A DNA stretch of 64,000 bases from an uncultured virus (IMG/VR IMGVR_UViG_3300017767_000007). Lineage: Duplodnaviria > Heunggongvirae > Uroviricota > Caudoviricetes. Below the pieces are notes generated by a model that saw only the letters and a program-made list of their open reading frames with translations, was not told the DNA's origin and did no database searches. The stretch lies in IMG/VR virus record IMGVR_UViG_3300017767_000007. One strand, written 5' to 3'. The translations under genes and the position numbers were made by a program. This document shows, one piece after another, positions 38,636-49,700 of the stretch (positions within the stretch are counted from its first letter, which is position 1; each line of letters starts with the position of its first letter).

Positions 38636-39811
38636 TTGATGCAATTGACGAATGATATAGTGCTTGAATGTGAGGTGCCAACTGATGATGCACTTCAGTA
38701 TGCTCTCGACATGTATGACATTGAAAAGGGTGCAGGATTAAAGACTGTCATTCCCGATAGAATCAATCCCCCTGAAGGTTGGGCTATTGGTGCTATTGTA
38801 GGTGCTTCTGGTGCTGGTAAAACAACGCTATTAAGTAATCGTTTCGGACACAATGAGGATGCAATCATACCCACCGATGGCAGTTCTGTAATATCGAACA
38901 TATCACGCATTTTGGGTGGTAATCCTGCCGAAGCATCTCGTATTCTATCAAGTGTCGGATTGGGGTCTGTCCCTGCTTGGATTAGACCACCGTTTTGCCT
39001 GTCAAATGGTGAACGATTCCGATTTGATTTGGCCTGCACTATCGCAGATGCCATAGCAAATGACATAGAAATTATCACCATAGATGAGTTTACATCTGTT
39101 GTTGATAGGAATGTAGCAAAGGCAGCCTCATTTGCGCTACAAAAGTTTGCTCGTAAGACGGGTCAAAAGTTGGTTGTCGCCTCATGCCATGACGATATAG
39201 TTGAATGGCTAAATCCAGATTGGGTTTACAATCCTCACGATGGCGAAACCGTTGTGAGCGACGACAGGGGGTGGTCGGTTCAACGACCTAAGATTGAACT
39301 CAAAATTCTCAGAGCAGAATATGATGCGTGGGACATGTTCAAGAAACATCATTATCTGACCGAAGATTTGAATAAGGCATGCAGATTATTTGTTGCTTAT
39401 TGGGATGGAAAACCTGTTGCCTGTAATGCTATTCTTCCATTCCCTAACGGTGGCATACAGAATGGTTGGCGTTCTTCTCGTGTTGTAGTATTGCCTGATT
39501 ATCAAGGATTAGGATTAGCGGGTGCATTGTCTGAATTTGTATCTTCTATGATAAAATCTCAAGAAGGAAGATTATTTGCTCGACTACGCCACCCTGCCTT
39601 AGCGAATCACAGATTGAACCGACCTAATACATGGAAAGAAACAGCCGTATCTCGCAAAGTGCATACGCATTCAGGTAATGAAGAATGGGGTTGGAAACAG
39701 AATGACCGTGAATGCTGGTCTTTTGAATACATTGGTGAACCATCAAGTCTGCATGACGCAGAACTGTTTTGGGGTATAAAATTTGAATCAGACAAACATG
39801 AGTGGCTATAA
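38636..39811 (+). CDS. ABC-type ATPase fused to Mom-like GNAT acyltransferase
   Basis: GASGAGKTT, LSNGE, ITIDEF, ASCH; then FKKHHYL and SRVVVLPDYQGLGLA; no TM partner. Confidence 0.8.
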   Translation: MMQLTNDIVLECEVPTDDALQYALDMYDIEKGAGLKTVIPDRINPPEGWAIGAIVGASGAGKTTLLSNRFGHNEDAIIPTDGSSVISNISRILGGNPAEASRILSSVGLGSVPAWIRPPFCLSNGERFRFDLACTIADAIANDIEIITIDEFTSVVDRNVAKAASFALQKFARKTGQKLVVASCHDDIVEWLNPDWVYNPHDGETVVSDDRGWSVQRPKIELKILRAEYDAWDMFKKHHYLTEDLNKACRLFVAYWDGKPVACNAILPFPNGGIQNGWRSSRVVVLPDYQGLGLAGALSEFVSSMIKSQEGRLFARLRHPALANHRLNRPNTWKETAVSRKVHTHSGNEEWGWKQNDRECWSFEYIGEPSSLHDAELFWGIKFESDKHEWL

Positions 39812-40125
39812 CATTTATATGTAATCAGCAGGAAGGACTTTATATGCACGATATAAGCACAGACAACATTGTCGCAGAAGTCCTCTGTCATGGAGATATT
39901 AACCGAACAACAGAATTTGAAGGGGAAGAATATATCCTTCAAATAACAGTAACTAAATTTGAAAACAAGTTATACCGTGATAAGCAGTGGCTCGTTGAAA
40001 ATTACATCAACAAGAACAGAACAATGGCAGACATTGCTGATAAAGCAAATGTTACTCCAGCAACAATCAATCAATGGCTCGTAAAGCACGAAATCCCTAC
40101 AAGAAGTCGTGGCAGACGCCAATGA
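39802..40125 (+). CDS. HTH DNA-binding protein
   Basis: RTMADIADKANVTPATINQWL. Confidence 0.7.
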   Translation: MAITFICNQQEGLYMHDISTDNIVAEVLCHGDINRTTEFEGEEYILQITVTKFENKLYRDKQWLVENYINKNRTMADIADKANVTPATINQWLVKHEIPTRSRGRRQ

Positions 40126-40177
40126 ATACCTTTATAACCCCCTAATATGACCTATGTTTGGGTCGGTCTAAGTCGTC

Positions 40178-40450
40178 GTGGCACTTTGCCGTACCCCCAG
40201 AGGTCTCAATATGGTAACATGGATAGCAGTGTTTTTCGGTTTAGGATTAGGAATTTTAATCTCTTTACTAAACCCCATATCAGTAAGGATTGCTAAACGA
40301 TTTATGAAAGGTCGAGGTATTGAATTTTGTCGGTGTTGTGACGATGCTATCGCACACTCGCCTATCGGCTTATGCTCACCGTGTCAATACTTCTATGATG
40401 AAGAAGAAACAGCAAGATTAGAATATGAAAGATTGGAGATGGCTCAATGA
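40178..40450 (+). CDS. TM + zinc-finger protein
   Basis: Hydrophobic N-terminus, CRCC...CSPC. Confidence 0.5.
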   Translation: MALCRTPRGLNMVTWIAVFFGLGLGILISLLNPISVRIAKRFMKGRGIEFCRCCDDAIAHSPIGLCSPCQYFYDEEETARLEYERLEMAQ

Positions 40451-42645
40451 TTGTGGATAGAGGCAAAGGTAAGACTGTCTATATCAGATATCGTGACCCA
40501 ATAACACTTGAAAGGCAGAAGAAGACGATTAATAACATCTATCCCTACTGCTTTGTTGAAGATGAATCAGCACCATACATTGAAGCAGTTTCTAAAGAAG
40601 GTGGATATACGGGTCTTTACGGAGAATCACTCACTAAGGTCACTATGTATGACCCTGCTGAAGTAGGGAAATTGAAGAATATAGGTGCTACATGGGAGGC
40701 AAATATCCCCTTCGTCAATCGTGTTCTTGCAGACGCAAAACCCGACATACCAGATTACAAACACCGTATCTGGTATCTTGATGGTGAATGGTCTGTTAAT
40801 ACGGGTCAAATAACTCTTCTATCAGTCTATGACAACTATACGGAGAAGATGTTCACATGGTTTACTGCGGAAGGTTACAATGCAGGTAAGCATAAACAAG
40901 TGGGCGAATATACCCTTGATAACCCAGCATTAGCGTTTGATACTGAAAAAGAATTGCTGGCACACTTCATACAATTTATGAGAAGGCATGACCCAGATGT
41001 GATAACTGGTTGGTTCGTTGTTGGCGCTGACATAAAGCAAATAGTTGAGCGTTGCCGTAAAGTAGGAGTGGATTCTCGCAAAATGTCTCCATACAATCGA
41101 ATTAGATATGAATTTGATGATTGGTCGCAACCTATACCTGGCAGAAATTGTATTGACTTAATGCTCGCATTTAGCAAACTTTGGGAGATGAAGAACGGTA
41201 AATTGCCTGGCCTCAAGTTAGATGATGTAGCAGAAGAATGTTTGGGTGAAAGAAAGTTGGAGTTACCAGACGGACACGACACTTATTTCACTAACTTCCC
41301 TCTTTACTTGAGATACAACCAATTAGATGTCGAATTGTTACCTAAATTAAATGCCCTAAATAACGCCATAGAACACTATCTAAGCATCCAAACCATCGTC
41401 AAGTGCGATATACGCACAACACCATTTATTACCCGTATTTTCACTTGTTTAGCACTACAAGACGATGAATTTACTCTTAGAATCCCTTCTAAGGCTCAGT
41501 TTGCTAAAGTGCCTTATCCTGGAGCTGACATACAACAACCTGTGCCTGGAGTTTATGACAATGTTGCTATCATGGATATTAAGGCAATGTATCACTCAAA
41601 TGTCAATTTGCACAATATATCTTGGGAAACTCTCGATGAAGAGGGAAATGACTGTGGTAACGGTTCTAAGTTTAGGCATGGAAAGCGAGGTTTGTTGGGT
41701 CGTCAGATGGATAAGATGACCGAGTTAAGAAATCACTATAAGAAGTTAATGAAGGAGGCCAAGACACCCGAAGAGGCAAAGCGATACGATGCCTTACAAT
41801 ATGCTACTAAATCCCTCGTCGCTTCTATGTATGGTTGTGCTGGTGACAGTAAGTATGCTCTTTATCACCCAGAAGTTGCATCTGCTATCACATATACTTC
41901 CCGTCAAACCCTGTTCCGACTACGAGACGAATGTAAAAGTTTGGGATATGATGTTATATACGGTCATACTGACTCTATCTTCTGCACCGTTCCTTCACCC
42001 GAAGAAGGAGTCAAAGCAATGGATATTATCAATGAGAGAATGTCACCCATCGAGACTGAATTTGAAAGGTTTGCTAATACCATGTTAATATCAGCCAAGA
42101 ACAGGTATGTGGGTAATGTCACATGGGTTGATGGTGAATATGTTGAGCCACAAATGTATCTCAAGGGCATGGAGATTAAGCAATCTCGTATGCCACCTGC
42201 TATGAAAGATGCCGTAAAGACTGTAATAACAAGCATTCTTGAGCGAAAGCAACCACCTGTTGATGAATTAGCCAGAATAATTGAAGATATTATGGCGGGT
42301 GATATCTCACTTGAGGATTTGGCTATGAAGGGTAAATTGACTCAAGACCTTGACAAATACAAGGTTTTGTCTGGTGCTTCAGCAGGTGCTAAGTGGGCTA
42401 ATGATTATCTCGGCAAAGGTTATCGTGGAGGTGACTACTTCAAGACAACTCTTAACAGCGAAGGAAACTACATAGCATTTGACAAACCATCAGACCTTGA
42501 AGGCCTGAACATTGAAATTGGTTATTTACAAATTGTTCAGCGATTTATTATTGATAAGGTGAAACCCTTATTTGAAATAGCAGGCTGGTCTATCATACCA
42601 CTTGAGAATGCTCGAGACGGCAAATCTAAGGTTGCTTGGTTGTGA
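40447..42645 (+). CDS. polB: Family B DNA polymerase
   Basis: Exo YLDGE, DVITGW; DIKAMY, K...SMYG, YGHTDSIF, KNRY. Confidence 0.95.
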   Translation: MIVDRGKGKTVYIRYRDPITLERQKKTINNIYPYCFVEDESAPYIEAVSKEGGYTGLYGESLTKVTMYDPAEVGKLKNIGATWEANIPFVNRVLADAKPDIPDYKHRIWYLDGEWSVNTGQITLLSVYDNYTEKMFTWFTAEGYNAGKHKQVGEYTLDNPALAFDTEKELLAHFIQFMRRHDPDVITGWFVVGADIKQIVERCRKVGVDSRKMSPYNRIRYEFDDWSQPIPGRNCIDLMLAFSKLWEMKNGKLPGLKLDDVAEECLGERKLELPDGHDTYFTNFPLYLRYNQLDVELLPKLNALNNAIEHYLSIQTIVKCDIRTTPFITRIFTCLALQDDEFTLRIPSKAQFAKVPYPGADIQQPVPGVYDNVAIMDIKAMYHSNVNLHNISWETLDEEGNDCGNGSKFRHGKRGLLGRQMDKMTELRNHYKKLMKEAKTPEEAKRYDALQYATKSLVASMYGCAGDSKYALYHPEVASAITYTSRQTLFRLRDECKSLGYDVIYGHTDSIFCTVPSPEEGVKAMDIINERMSPIETEFERFANTMLISAKNRYVGNVTWVDGEYVEPQMYLKGMEIKQSRMPPAMKDAVKTVITSILERKQPPVDELARIIEDIMAGDISLEDLAMKGKLTQDLDKYKVLSGASAGAKWANDYLGKGYRGGDYFKTTLNSEGNYIAFDKPSDLEGLNIEIGYLQIVQRFIIDKVKPLFEIAGWSIIPLENARDGKSKVAWL

Positions 42646-42681
42646 CAATACTATTATATACCCTTATGCGAAGTTGATATT

Positions 42682-42948
42682 ATGGCGGGAAAAAGACCAC
42701 TTGTTGATAGGATGGTAAAGGGTGCTTTGCGCTCATGGTTTGAAGTTATGGGTGTCAAAACATTTACCTCGCACGATTTATTTACATGGATGAATACAAT
42801 GGATATGATACCTCACAGTTCAAATAACTTTTCATCACAGATGATTGGCTCAAGATTATCCTTTTGGGCTAAGACAGGTAAAGTTGAAGGGTTGGTACTT
42901 CACTCAAACCACGAATACCAACTAAATACATTCAGGATGGTGAGATAA
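42682..42948 (+). CDS. Hypothetical (possible wHTH) protein
   Basis: Own TATA at ~42654. Confidence 0.55.
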   Translation: MAGKRPLVDRMVKGALRSWFEVMGVKTFTSHDLFTWMNTMDMIPHSSNNFSSQMIGSRLSFWAKTGKVEGLVLHSNHEYQLNTFRMVR

Positions 42949-43250
42949 TGTTAGACCAAACAGACTTCGATATTTTTCAAGGCAGACTTGACATAAACAG
43001 ACTTCCAAAGAAGGTTCTGCTTGGCAGGTATAAGAACCTTATTACACAATTGATGATTATATCCAACACTAATACTGCAATGTGTATTTGGTTGCAAGAC
43101 AATCACGCTGAAGCATGGGAAGAATTGCTCAATGCTGACCTTTCACAAATGGGACAACCCGAATCAGACGCAATAGCACATGATGAAGATGAGGCAAGAA
43201 TGCTCGATGAAACCCATTCAGATATTAGACAGGTGGATGATGATGAGTGA
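42948..43250 (+). CDS. Hypothetical protein
   Basis: Coupled; GGTGA RBS. Confidence 0.55.
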   Translation: MLDQTDFDIFQGRLDINRLPKKVLLGRYKNLITQLMIISNTNTAMCIWLQDNHAEAWEELLNADLSQMGQPESDAIAHDEDEARMLDETHSDIRQVDDDE

Positions 43251-44070
43251 AGTCGTTTCATCATACAATCCTGCTGAAGAAGGCGCATTAAGGATAAGTA
43301 AATCCTCCTTTGGGACATACGATAAGTGTCCTCGCCTTTACTATTGGAATTACATTCAGAGATTATCCCCACCTGCTAACGATGCTATGATTAGGGGTTC
43401 ACTAATACACGAAGTTTTAGAGGTATCACTCACCGAAGATAAACCTATTCCTCAAGTTGTCACCGAAATGGAAGTTAAACCAGACTTAGGTATAGATGCT
43501 ATGGATGAAATTATGCAGGCAATAACCGAACAATTTCCTGATTGGGTATTGGTCGAAGCAGAAGTCAAACACACTATTCCCTATACCGTTGAATTTACAG
43601 ACGATGAGTTAGTTTTGCATAACTATGAAGTTGTGCTCGTAGGTAAGATTGATGGTGTGTTCAGAGATAAAGACGGTAAACTCATCATTGTCGAATTGAA
43701 GACAGGTGAATTGGGGTCGAGCAAGGTATCTCGGACTCGTAAAGAACTGAACTACTACAAGTTTATGCTGGAAGAAGCAGGATATGATGTTGAAGATTGC
43801 AGGTATCTTGTAATTGCTCCAGACGCTACGAATGTTGATGTAGCAATGAAGTTAGAGTCAAGCAAGCGAAAGACTGTAATATGGGGTGAAACATCAGGTA
43901 TTGCTTATCTCGAAAAGCCGAATGGTCGCTCATACAACACCACTATACGCAAGTTTGGTGAGGCGGTTCATGGTATCAGCTCCGAACAATGGCCTATGAA
44001 TTGGTCTGAATACTACTGCCCTGAATGGTGTGAATACCACTTAGGTTGCGAACAGGAGTTGTTATCTTGA
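43180..44070 (+). CDS. Cas4-like PD-(D/E)XK exonuclease
   Basis: CPR, RGSLIH, GKIDG, VELKTG, CPEWCEYHLGC Fe-S pattern. Confidence 0.85.
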   Translation: MMKMRQECSMKPIQILDRWMMMSEVVSSYNPAEEGALRISKSSFGTYDKCPRLYYWNYIQRLSPPANDAMIRGSLIHEVLEVSLTEDKPIPQVVTEMEVKPDLGIDAMDEIMQAITEQFPDWVLVEAEVKHTIPYTVEFTDDELVLHNYEVVLVGKIDGVFRDKDGKLIIVELKTGELGSSKVSRTRKELNYYKFMLEEAGYDVEDCRYLVIAPDATNVDVAMKLESSKRKTVIWGETSGIAYLEKPNGRSYNTTIRKFGEAVHGISSEQWPMNWSEYYCPEWCEYHLGCEQELLS

Positions 44071-44176
44071 TTTGCGAAGAATGTGATGCTGAATTTGATG
44101 TGTCTACTGCTAAGGCAATCTTATTGGGAAAAGAAGATGTGAAACCCTTATTAGTGTGTCCTGTGTGCGGTAATTA

Positions 44177-45229
44177 TTGCCCGATGGAATGATTGATATG
44201 CAGATACAATTTCCCAGACAAATAGGTCTTAAGAGGTCAATGTGTCATAATCGTAAAGACTTTGAAAAGTATTTATCTGTTTTGGGAAGTAAGTCCTCGT
44301 GCTACACTTCACTATACGCTTTCACTAAACTCAATCCTGACAAGCGACCAGATTATTCGACTGCAATCATTGATAGAGCATGGTGGGATTTTGATTTAGG
44401 TCATAATGGCGTTGAAATGCCTGAAGTAAAAGATGATGTGGCGTTGCTAATACGAAGAATTTATGAGGACTATCCACAATCCGATGTGAGAGTTGTGGCA
44501 ACAGGTCGTGGGTTTCATGTTCACCAAATGTTCTCAAAGACTGTTAGTGGTGTGCATTGGTCTTCTGAATTACAGCGTTATGAAGCAAAGATGGCTGAAA
44601 ACTTGAGGTCACTTGACGGTATTGGTTATGCTGAAAAATTGACTCGTATTCCCAATACATACAATCCATCTCGCAAACGCTGGGCTGTTATGGTTGATAC
44701 TCAAAAATTTATGGAAAATCCACACGATTATTCTATCCCTTCCCACCCATCGGAAGCACCTAAAGATTCTTGCCCGTTTTTGGGTGTTCCTGTGGCTTCT
44801 ATGGCGTTTAATTTGGTTGATTGGGTTGCCACCCACCCAAAGCAAAAGAAGGCCGTTAAGCGCACTTGTGGGGCTTTCGCAGTTGGGCTTGCAGGGGAAG
44901 TCCCTATCCCACCTTGTATCAACAGCATTATCAAACAACCTAATCCCGAACATCAGGCTCGTATATTCTTGGTTACTGAAATGGCACATAATATGCGTTG
45001 GTTTGCAGACCCAGACACAATATCCGAAGAACAACAGCAAGATATTGAAGACTCAATATGTGCATACATCGAAACGCTGGATTGGATTGACTATAACGCT
45101 TCAATAACTCGCAAGGCAGTAAAGTCTTTGATAAGACTACAAAATCCTCCAAGTTGTAGGGTAATACAACGCAGGGGTTGGTGCAAGGGCAGTTGTTGGA
45201 GAGACGATGGGACTATGGAGGTTCTATAA
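44177..45229 (+). CDS. Archaeo-eukaryotic primase, PriS fused to PriL-like C-terminal domain
   Basis: WDFD, TGRGFHVH, RIPNTYN; PPCI...HQAR...PPSC...C...C. Confidence 0.85.
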   Translation: MPDGMIDMQIQFPRQIGLKRSMCHNRKDFEKYLSVLGSKSSCYTSLYAFTKLNPDKRPDYSTAIIDRAWWDFDLGHNGVEMPEVKDDVALLIRRIYEDYPQSDVRVVATGRGFHVHQMFSKTVSGVHWSSELQRYEAKMAENLRSLDGIGYAEKLTRIPNTYNPSRKRWAVMVDTQKFMENPHDYSIPSHPSEAPKDSCPFLGVPVASMAFNLVDWVATHPKQKKAVKRTCGAFAVGLAGEVPIPPCINSIIKQPNPEHQARIFLVTEMAHNMRWFADPDTISEEQQQDIEDSICAYIETLDWIDYNASITRKAVKSLIRLQNPPSCRVIQRRGWCKGSCWRDDGTMEVL

Positions 45230-45507
45230 TGAAGGCAAAGAAGTTTAAGAGATTTAGAGATTTTTCAGCAAAGTTGATTCGTGACACTGGTGATGAATAT
45301 ATCGTGTCTGAGTTGATTGACAAATACATTACTCATTTGACAAGAGATGGGAGACCTGGAACAAAGGGTGTTCCTAATGCTCTTGCTGCTGGTCAAGTTT
45401 TAAGATGGGATGAGCGTTTTATTTGGAGTGAAACAAAGTGGTTCGGTGATGTAGGAAAGTCAGGGCAAAGAGTATGCGTTTGGTATCTCAAGCCCGAATA
45501 CCTATGA
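45178..45507 (+). CDS. Hypothetical protein
   Basis: Likely ATG 45229 with GGAGG RBS. Confidence 0.55.
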   Translation: MVQGQLLERRWDYGGSIMKAKKFKRFRDFSAKLIRDTGDEYIVSELIDKYITHLTRDGRPGTKGVPNALAAGQVLRWDERFIWSETKWFGDVGKSGQRVCVWYLKPEYL

Positions 45508-45541
45508 AGACTTTATATGAGAACAATCTCAACCACTATAT

Positions 45542-46243
45542 ATGCTCTTAGTTGATGACAGGGAAAACCCCACTATAATACAAAAAATTCTGGCTAAGTG
45601 TGGTGACTCAGAATTAGAAAAAACAGGCTTTGCTAAAGTCTGTCGAATGAAATCTGGTGATTATGTCATCGGAAAAACAGGAATAGAAGCCAAAGAAATC
45701 AATGACTTGTATCACTCGATTATGGGTCATGGCAGATCTCGCACGATAGTTGGTCAGTTAGTTGAATTGCAGGAAACCTTTGAAAATCCTATGTTGGTTG
45801 TCTATAACAAAAAACTCAAACCGATGAAAAAGGGGCGACATCTGAACGGTGCTGAAGCGGTGAGGGAAATAGCCCGTATGGTGGCTGTCATAAAAAAGTT
45901 TAAAAGGGAGTTTTACAGCCACTTTCCTCGTATTAAGTATATGGAATTAGATAGCATGGATGAGATGGTGGACTTCTTAGCAGGTACTCACTATCAAGAA
46001 ACAGTCAAAGGAACTTCTAAACCTACACTACGCAGCAACTCAAAACCACTTCTTGATAATAGGGTCGCTGCGCTTTCTGCAATAAAAGGAATTAGCGTAA
46101 AAAACGCTGGTGACCTGTTAGACAAATTTGGTTCATTACCAAAAATACTACGCAGTCGCACCACCCAAAAACAGCTCATGTCGGTGAAGGGTATTGGCAG
46201 GTCTAAAGCAAAAAGTATTTTGGAATTGAGAAACTCGATTTAA
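45542..46243 (+). CDS. ERCC4/XPF-type structure-specific nuclease with tandem HhH
   Basis: VDDRE, GDY, IEAK; IKGIS and VKGIG HhH motifs. Confidence 0.88.
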   Translation: MLLVDDRENPTIIQKILAKCGDSELEKTGFAKVCRMKSGDYVIGKTGIEAKEINDLYHSIMGHGRSRTIVGQLVELQETFENPMLVVYNKKLKPMKKGRHLNGAEAVREIARMVAVIKKFKREFYSHFPRIKYMELDSMDEMVDFLAGTHYQETVKGTSKPTLRSNSKPLLDNRVAALSAIKGISVKNAGDLLDKFGSLPKILRSRTTQKQLMSVKGIGRSKAKSILELRNSI

Positions 46244-46293
46244 TTTTGTGTATATAAAAAGAAATAAACGCAGTACAGCGTAGCATTTCTTTA

Positions 46294-46755
46294 TTAATTT
46301 ATAATTTCCAAGTGTGGCGACCACCATACTTCTCTATGCTCAAAATGCTTCCAAGTACTGTTAGACATAATTTTTTTGGCTTCAGAATGTGCAAGTTTAA
46401 TATAACCTAAATTGCTGACAACGCTCTTTAACTGAGACATTTTCGATTCTTCAATTGGATTTAATACTGCTACAATCGGTTTTCTAATTCGTTTGTTTCT
46501 TTCCTGTAAAATTTTAGTGTGATAACCTTTACCTCTAAAACCTCTCTTAACATAGGTATTTCCGACCAAAATAAAAGAATCTATGTATGCTGTGCAAGTG
46601 TATGCCACTGGGACATCTCCTTCATACAAAAACCAATATGTCGCAAAATCAAAAAGAGGTGGATAGCCCTTTTCTGTCGCTGGAATAATTTTTTCTCCCC
46701 AAATACTTTCAGCGTTTTCAATACCCATAACTAATTTTAAGAAAATGCTCATCAC
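46294..46755 (-). CDS. GNAT acetyltransferase
   Basis: NTYVKRGFRGKGY motif A; last gene of tail operon. Confidence 0.7.
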   Translation of the reverse strand: MMSIFLKLVMGIENAESIWGEKIIPATEKGYPPLFDFATYWFLYEGDVPVAYTCTAYIDSFILVGNTYVKRGFRGKGYHTKILQERNKRIRKPIVAVLNPIEESKMSQLKSVVSNLGYIKLAHSEAKKIMSNSTWKHFEHREVWWSPHLEIIN

Positions 46756-49700
46756 CTTGAAACTACATTTGTGTCAAAGACTTCTCCAGGACCATCAACC
46801 ATATTTGCGCCTGTTTTCATAGTTACGCTGATTGATGAAAGTTTTACGGATTCTTGAGCTGCTGTATCACCATTGATACCAGCCGCTCTTCTGATTGTAA
46901 TTTCTAAGTGATTACCTGCTACATCAGCACCTTCTATCTTTTGATTGAATAAATTGTGTCTTAAACCATTTTGGTTTATAGGGATGACAAGAGTTTCCGT
47001 TTTGCTAAATCCTGTTTCAACAACCTTTACAGTAGTGTATATCTTGGCAAACCCTTCTGCCGTTGGATTTGTATTAAGCCCTATTCCACTTGGAGTTGGA
47101 ATGGTACTTTGGTTAGTTTGAGCAGACTCTGAATGCACAGTAGTATCAACCTTAGAAAGAATAGTTACTGAATTATTTGTAACATTGTTAGGTACTACTT
47201 GTATTCCAGAAACTTCTGATACTTCGGCTTGTTCAGAATCACCAGCTGCAAATGTTCTGCCTGGCAATGAAATTCCAGTTTCGCTTAGAGCAGCACTTCC
47301 CCCCGATGGAGTAAAAACACCGTCATTAGAAACTAAAACAGAAGTTTCTATTGCTGCTGGCAATGGTCTGTCTTGACCTAATAACCCCCATTCCGAATTA
47401 CCCATAGGCACCTGCATTTTCTTTTTTAGTCTTCCCATAATGCCTTTAGATACTTGATTAATACCTATTGTGCTTGCAGTAGTGTAGCCTGTTTGACTAC
47501 CAAATGTTCCTGGTGGGGTCAATTCAGGTCTTGGTCTTGGTTTGGGTGCAGGACCTGTTGTATCTCCGCCTGGAGGCACAGGTTCGCCATCGTCTTCATC
47601 AGAATCTCCACGACCCGATGTTCCACCTGGTCCTGCTGGACTTGGTTTAGGGTCATTAATAATAGGAGGAGTCAAAAACATAGAACCTAAATTACTTAAG
47701 AAATGAGATTCATCAGTTGTTAGACCTAATACTACTTCTTCATGTCTTAGTGGGTTTATTTTCCATTGAACATTATTAATAATCAAAGGTTTGTTTGTAA
47801 ATCCATAGGTTGAATCGCTATACTGTAGAGCAGTTCCTGTTCTAAAGTTAATGTCGTCATTGATAATCAATCTCGGTGCATACCACAAAGTCCTGTCCCT
47901 CATACCAGACCCAAATTCGTCATAATATCTGCACCCAAGAGGGAATATAGACTTGTCATTATATGAACCGCTGCCGAGGAGGGTGAAGTAATTTGTCGGT
48001 GCGGATTCAACAGGTACTCCGTGAGCAGGATTTAAGATATTTCCTAATGTATCTCCACAACGCATTCTGATTAAAGATTCTAAGTATTCTCTGTTTACTG
48101 AAACTATAATTTTATTGACAATACCAGTTCCAAATGCGTATGTGGGTGGCAAATTAAGTTCAAGAAAACCATTATCCAATGAGCCATAACTAACGGTCTG
48201 TGAAAAGAAATCGTTTGCGTGGCTATGCCCTTGACCAGCTGCATTAACTGCTGCAATGTGATTCAAATCTCCTCTATTACAAGCCCCAAACCATTCTGCT
48301 TCACCTATTAGATTTGGGTCTCCATTTGAGTCAGTACCGTTAGAAGAAACAAAGCCTGTGTTTCTTGTTGCATTATCTCTGAATATAGGGTCAATAACTG
48401 TTATAATAAACTTTGCCGATGTAGCAGCCTCGTCAATTGTTCCAGGAGTAGGCGCACCACTTCTTGTCCCATCAACGCTAATAATAAATCTTAATTGATT
48501 TCCTGTTGTCATACTGTATTTAGGTAAGCCTTGAGGAACATAAACAACTTCAATAGCATTAGCAAGGCTGTTTGCACCATACCAATAATTATTTCCAGCC
48601 CAAGTAATTTCATCAGAAGCATTTACAACTGAAGCATCCCTGTTAGATGCTCCAATAAGAGGAGTATTGGTGTTATTGAGTTGGCCGTCAAGAGCACTTA
48701 CTGAACCAGAAAAGAAATTGTTGTTCATCCTTCCCATCATATAGTGCGGGTACTTACCGTATACTGTCCTTTGTGGGTCAGCAATATACCCATACCTTGC
48801 ACCATCAAGCATAACATCATCTGATTGCGTTCCTCGCACTACTTTTGCATTTAATGAAACGGGTGCTTTCTTTGCTTTCAAGTATTCTTGTTTTGCTAAA
48901 TACTCTGCTTCTGCTTTAGTTCCCACATCGGGCATATCCATAATTTTCCAGCGAATGTTTTCTGTCCCTACTACTTTTGGATAGTCACAAAATGACTTAG
49001 AATCATTGAAGTAAACTCTAACATGAGTTACTCTTTGTTGTATGCTTGTGTTCATATTAGATATATTCAAAACGCTTCTGTCGAGCGAGCGGAAAGAATT
49101 GTAGCCAGGTCTAAGTTCTATTCTGCCATCAGGACCAATTTGATAAGTAAATGTTTGTCCGAGGCCTGAAGTTCCAGTACCAGCTGCTTTTTGAATTTTT
49201 ACTATGGCACTATACATTGTTGAATTTTTAGCATTTACTACACTGCCAAAACTGTCAAATTGTGTATTATTGTGACCCCAGTGGGGACTGCCAATAGTTG
49301 CAGAGCCATTAGTGCTCATTATTTTTGTTTGTGGCACATTCTTAAAGGATGAAATACCTGTAAATTGAGATTTACCCAACCAATTTTTTGTCAAAGACAA
49401 CATATTTAAGAATCTAAACTTTTCGCTTTCAAACCATGTTCCGCTGTTTTCGTTTTCGACCTTACCAGAAATACGCATCATAAATCTCATACCACTAAGA
49501 GGAGCATACGAGTTATACGCAGTAACACTATCATAATCTTCTAAGTCAAATATCGCTCTTGAAGATGAACCGTTTTGTTGAGCAGCCTTAATGTTATTTG
49601 CTGCTATTGTTCTTTCAGCAGCAGTCTTGGTTGGAACTCCGTTCAAACCTCCTACAATATCAACGAACACATTGTTTAAATAGTTATCAACTGTATTTCG

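Noticed and set aside
38636..39811. ABC transporter
   Set aside because: No membrane subunit; fused to GNAT inside the replication module
40447..42645. Inteins or introns in PolB, MCM or TerL
   Set aside because: Lengths are normal or short and no splicing motifs were seen
43180..44070. Cas4-like gene as part of a CRISPR-Cas system
   Set aside because: No other cas genes or array; solo Cas4-like nucleases are common in viral replication modules
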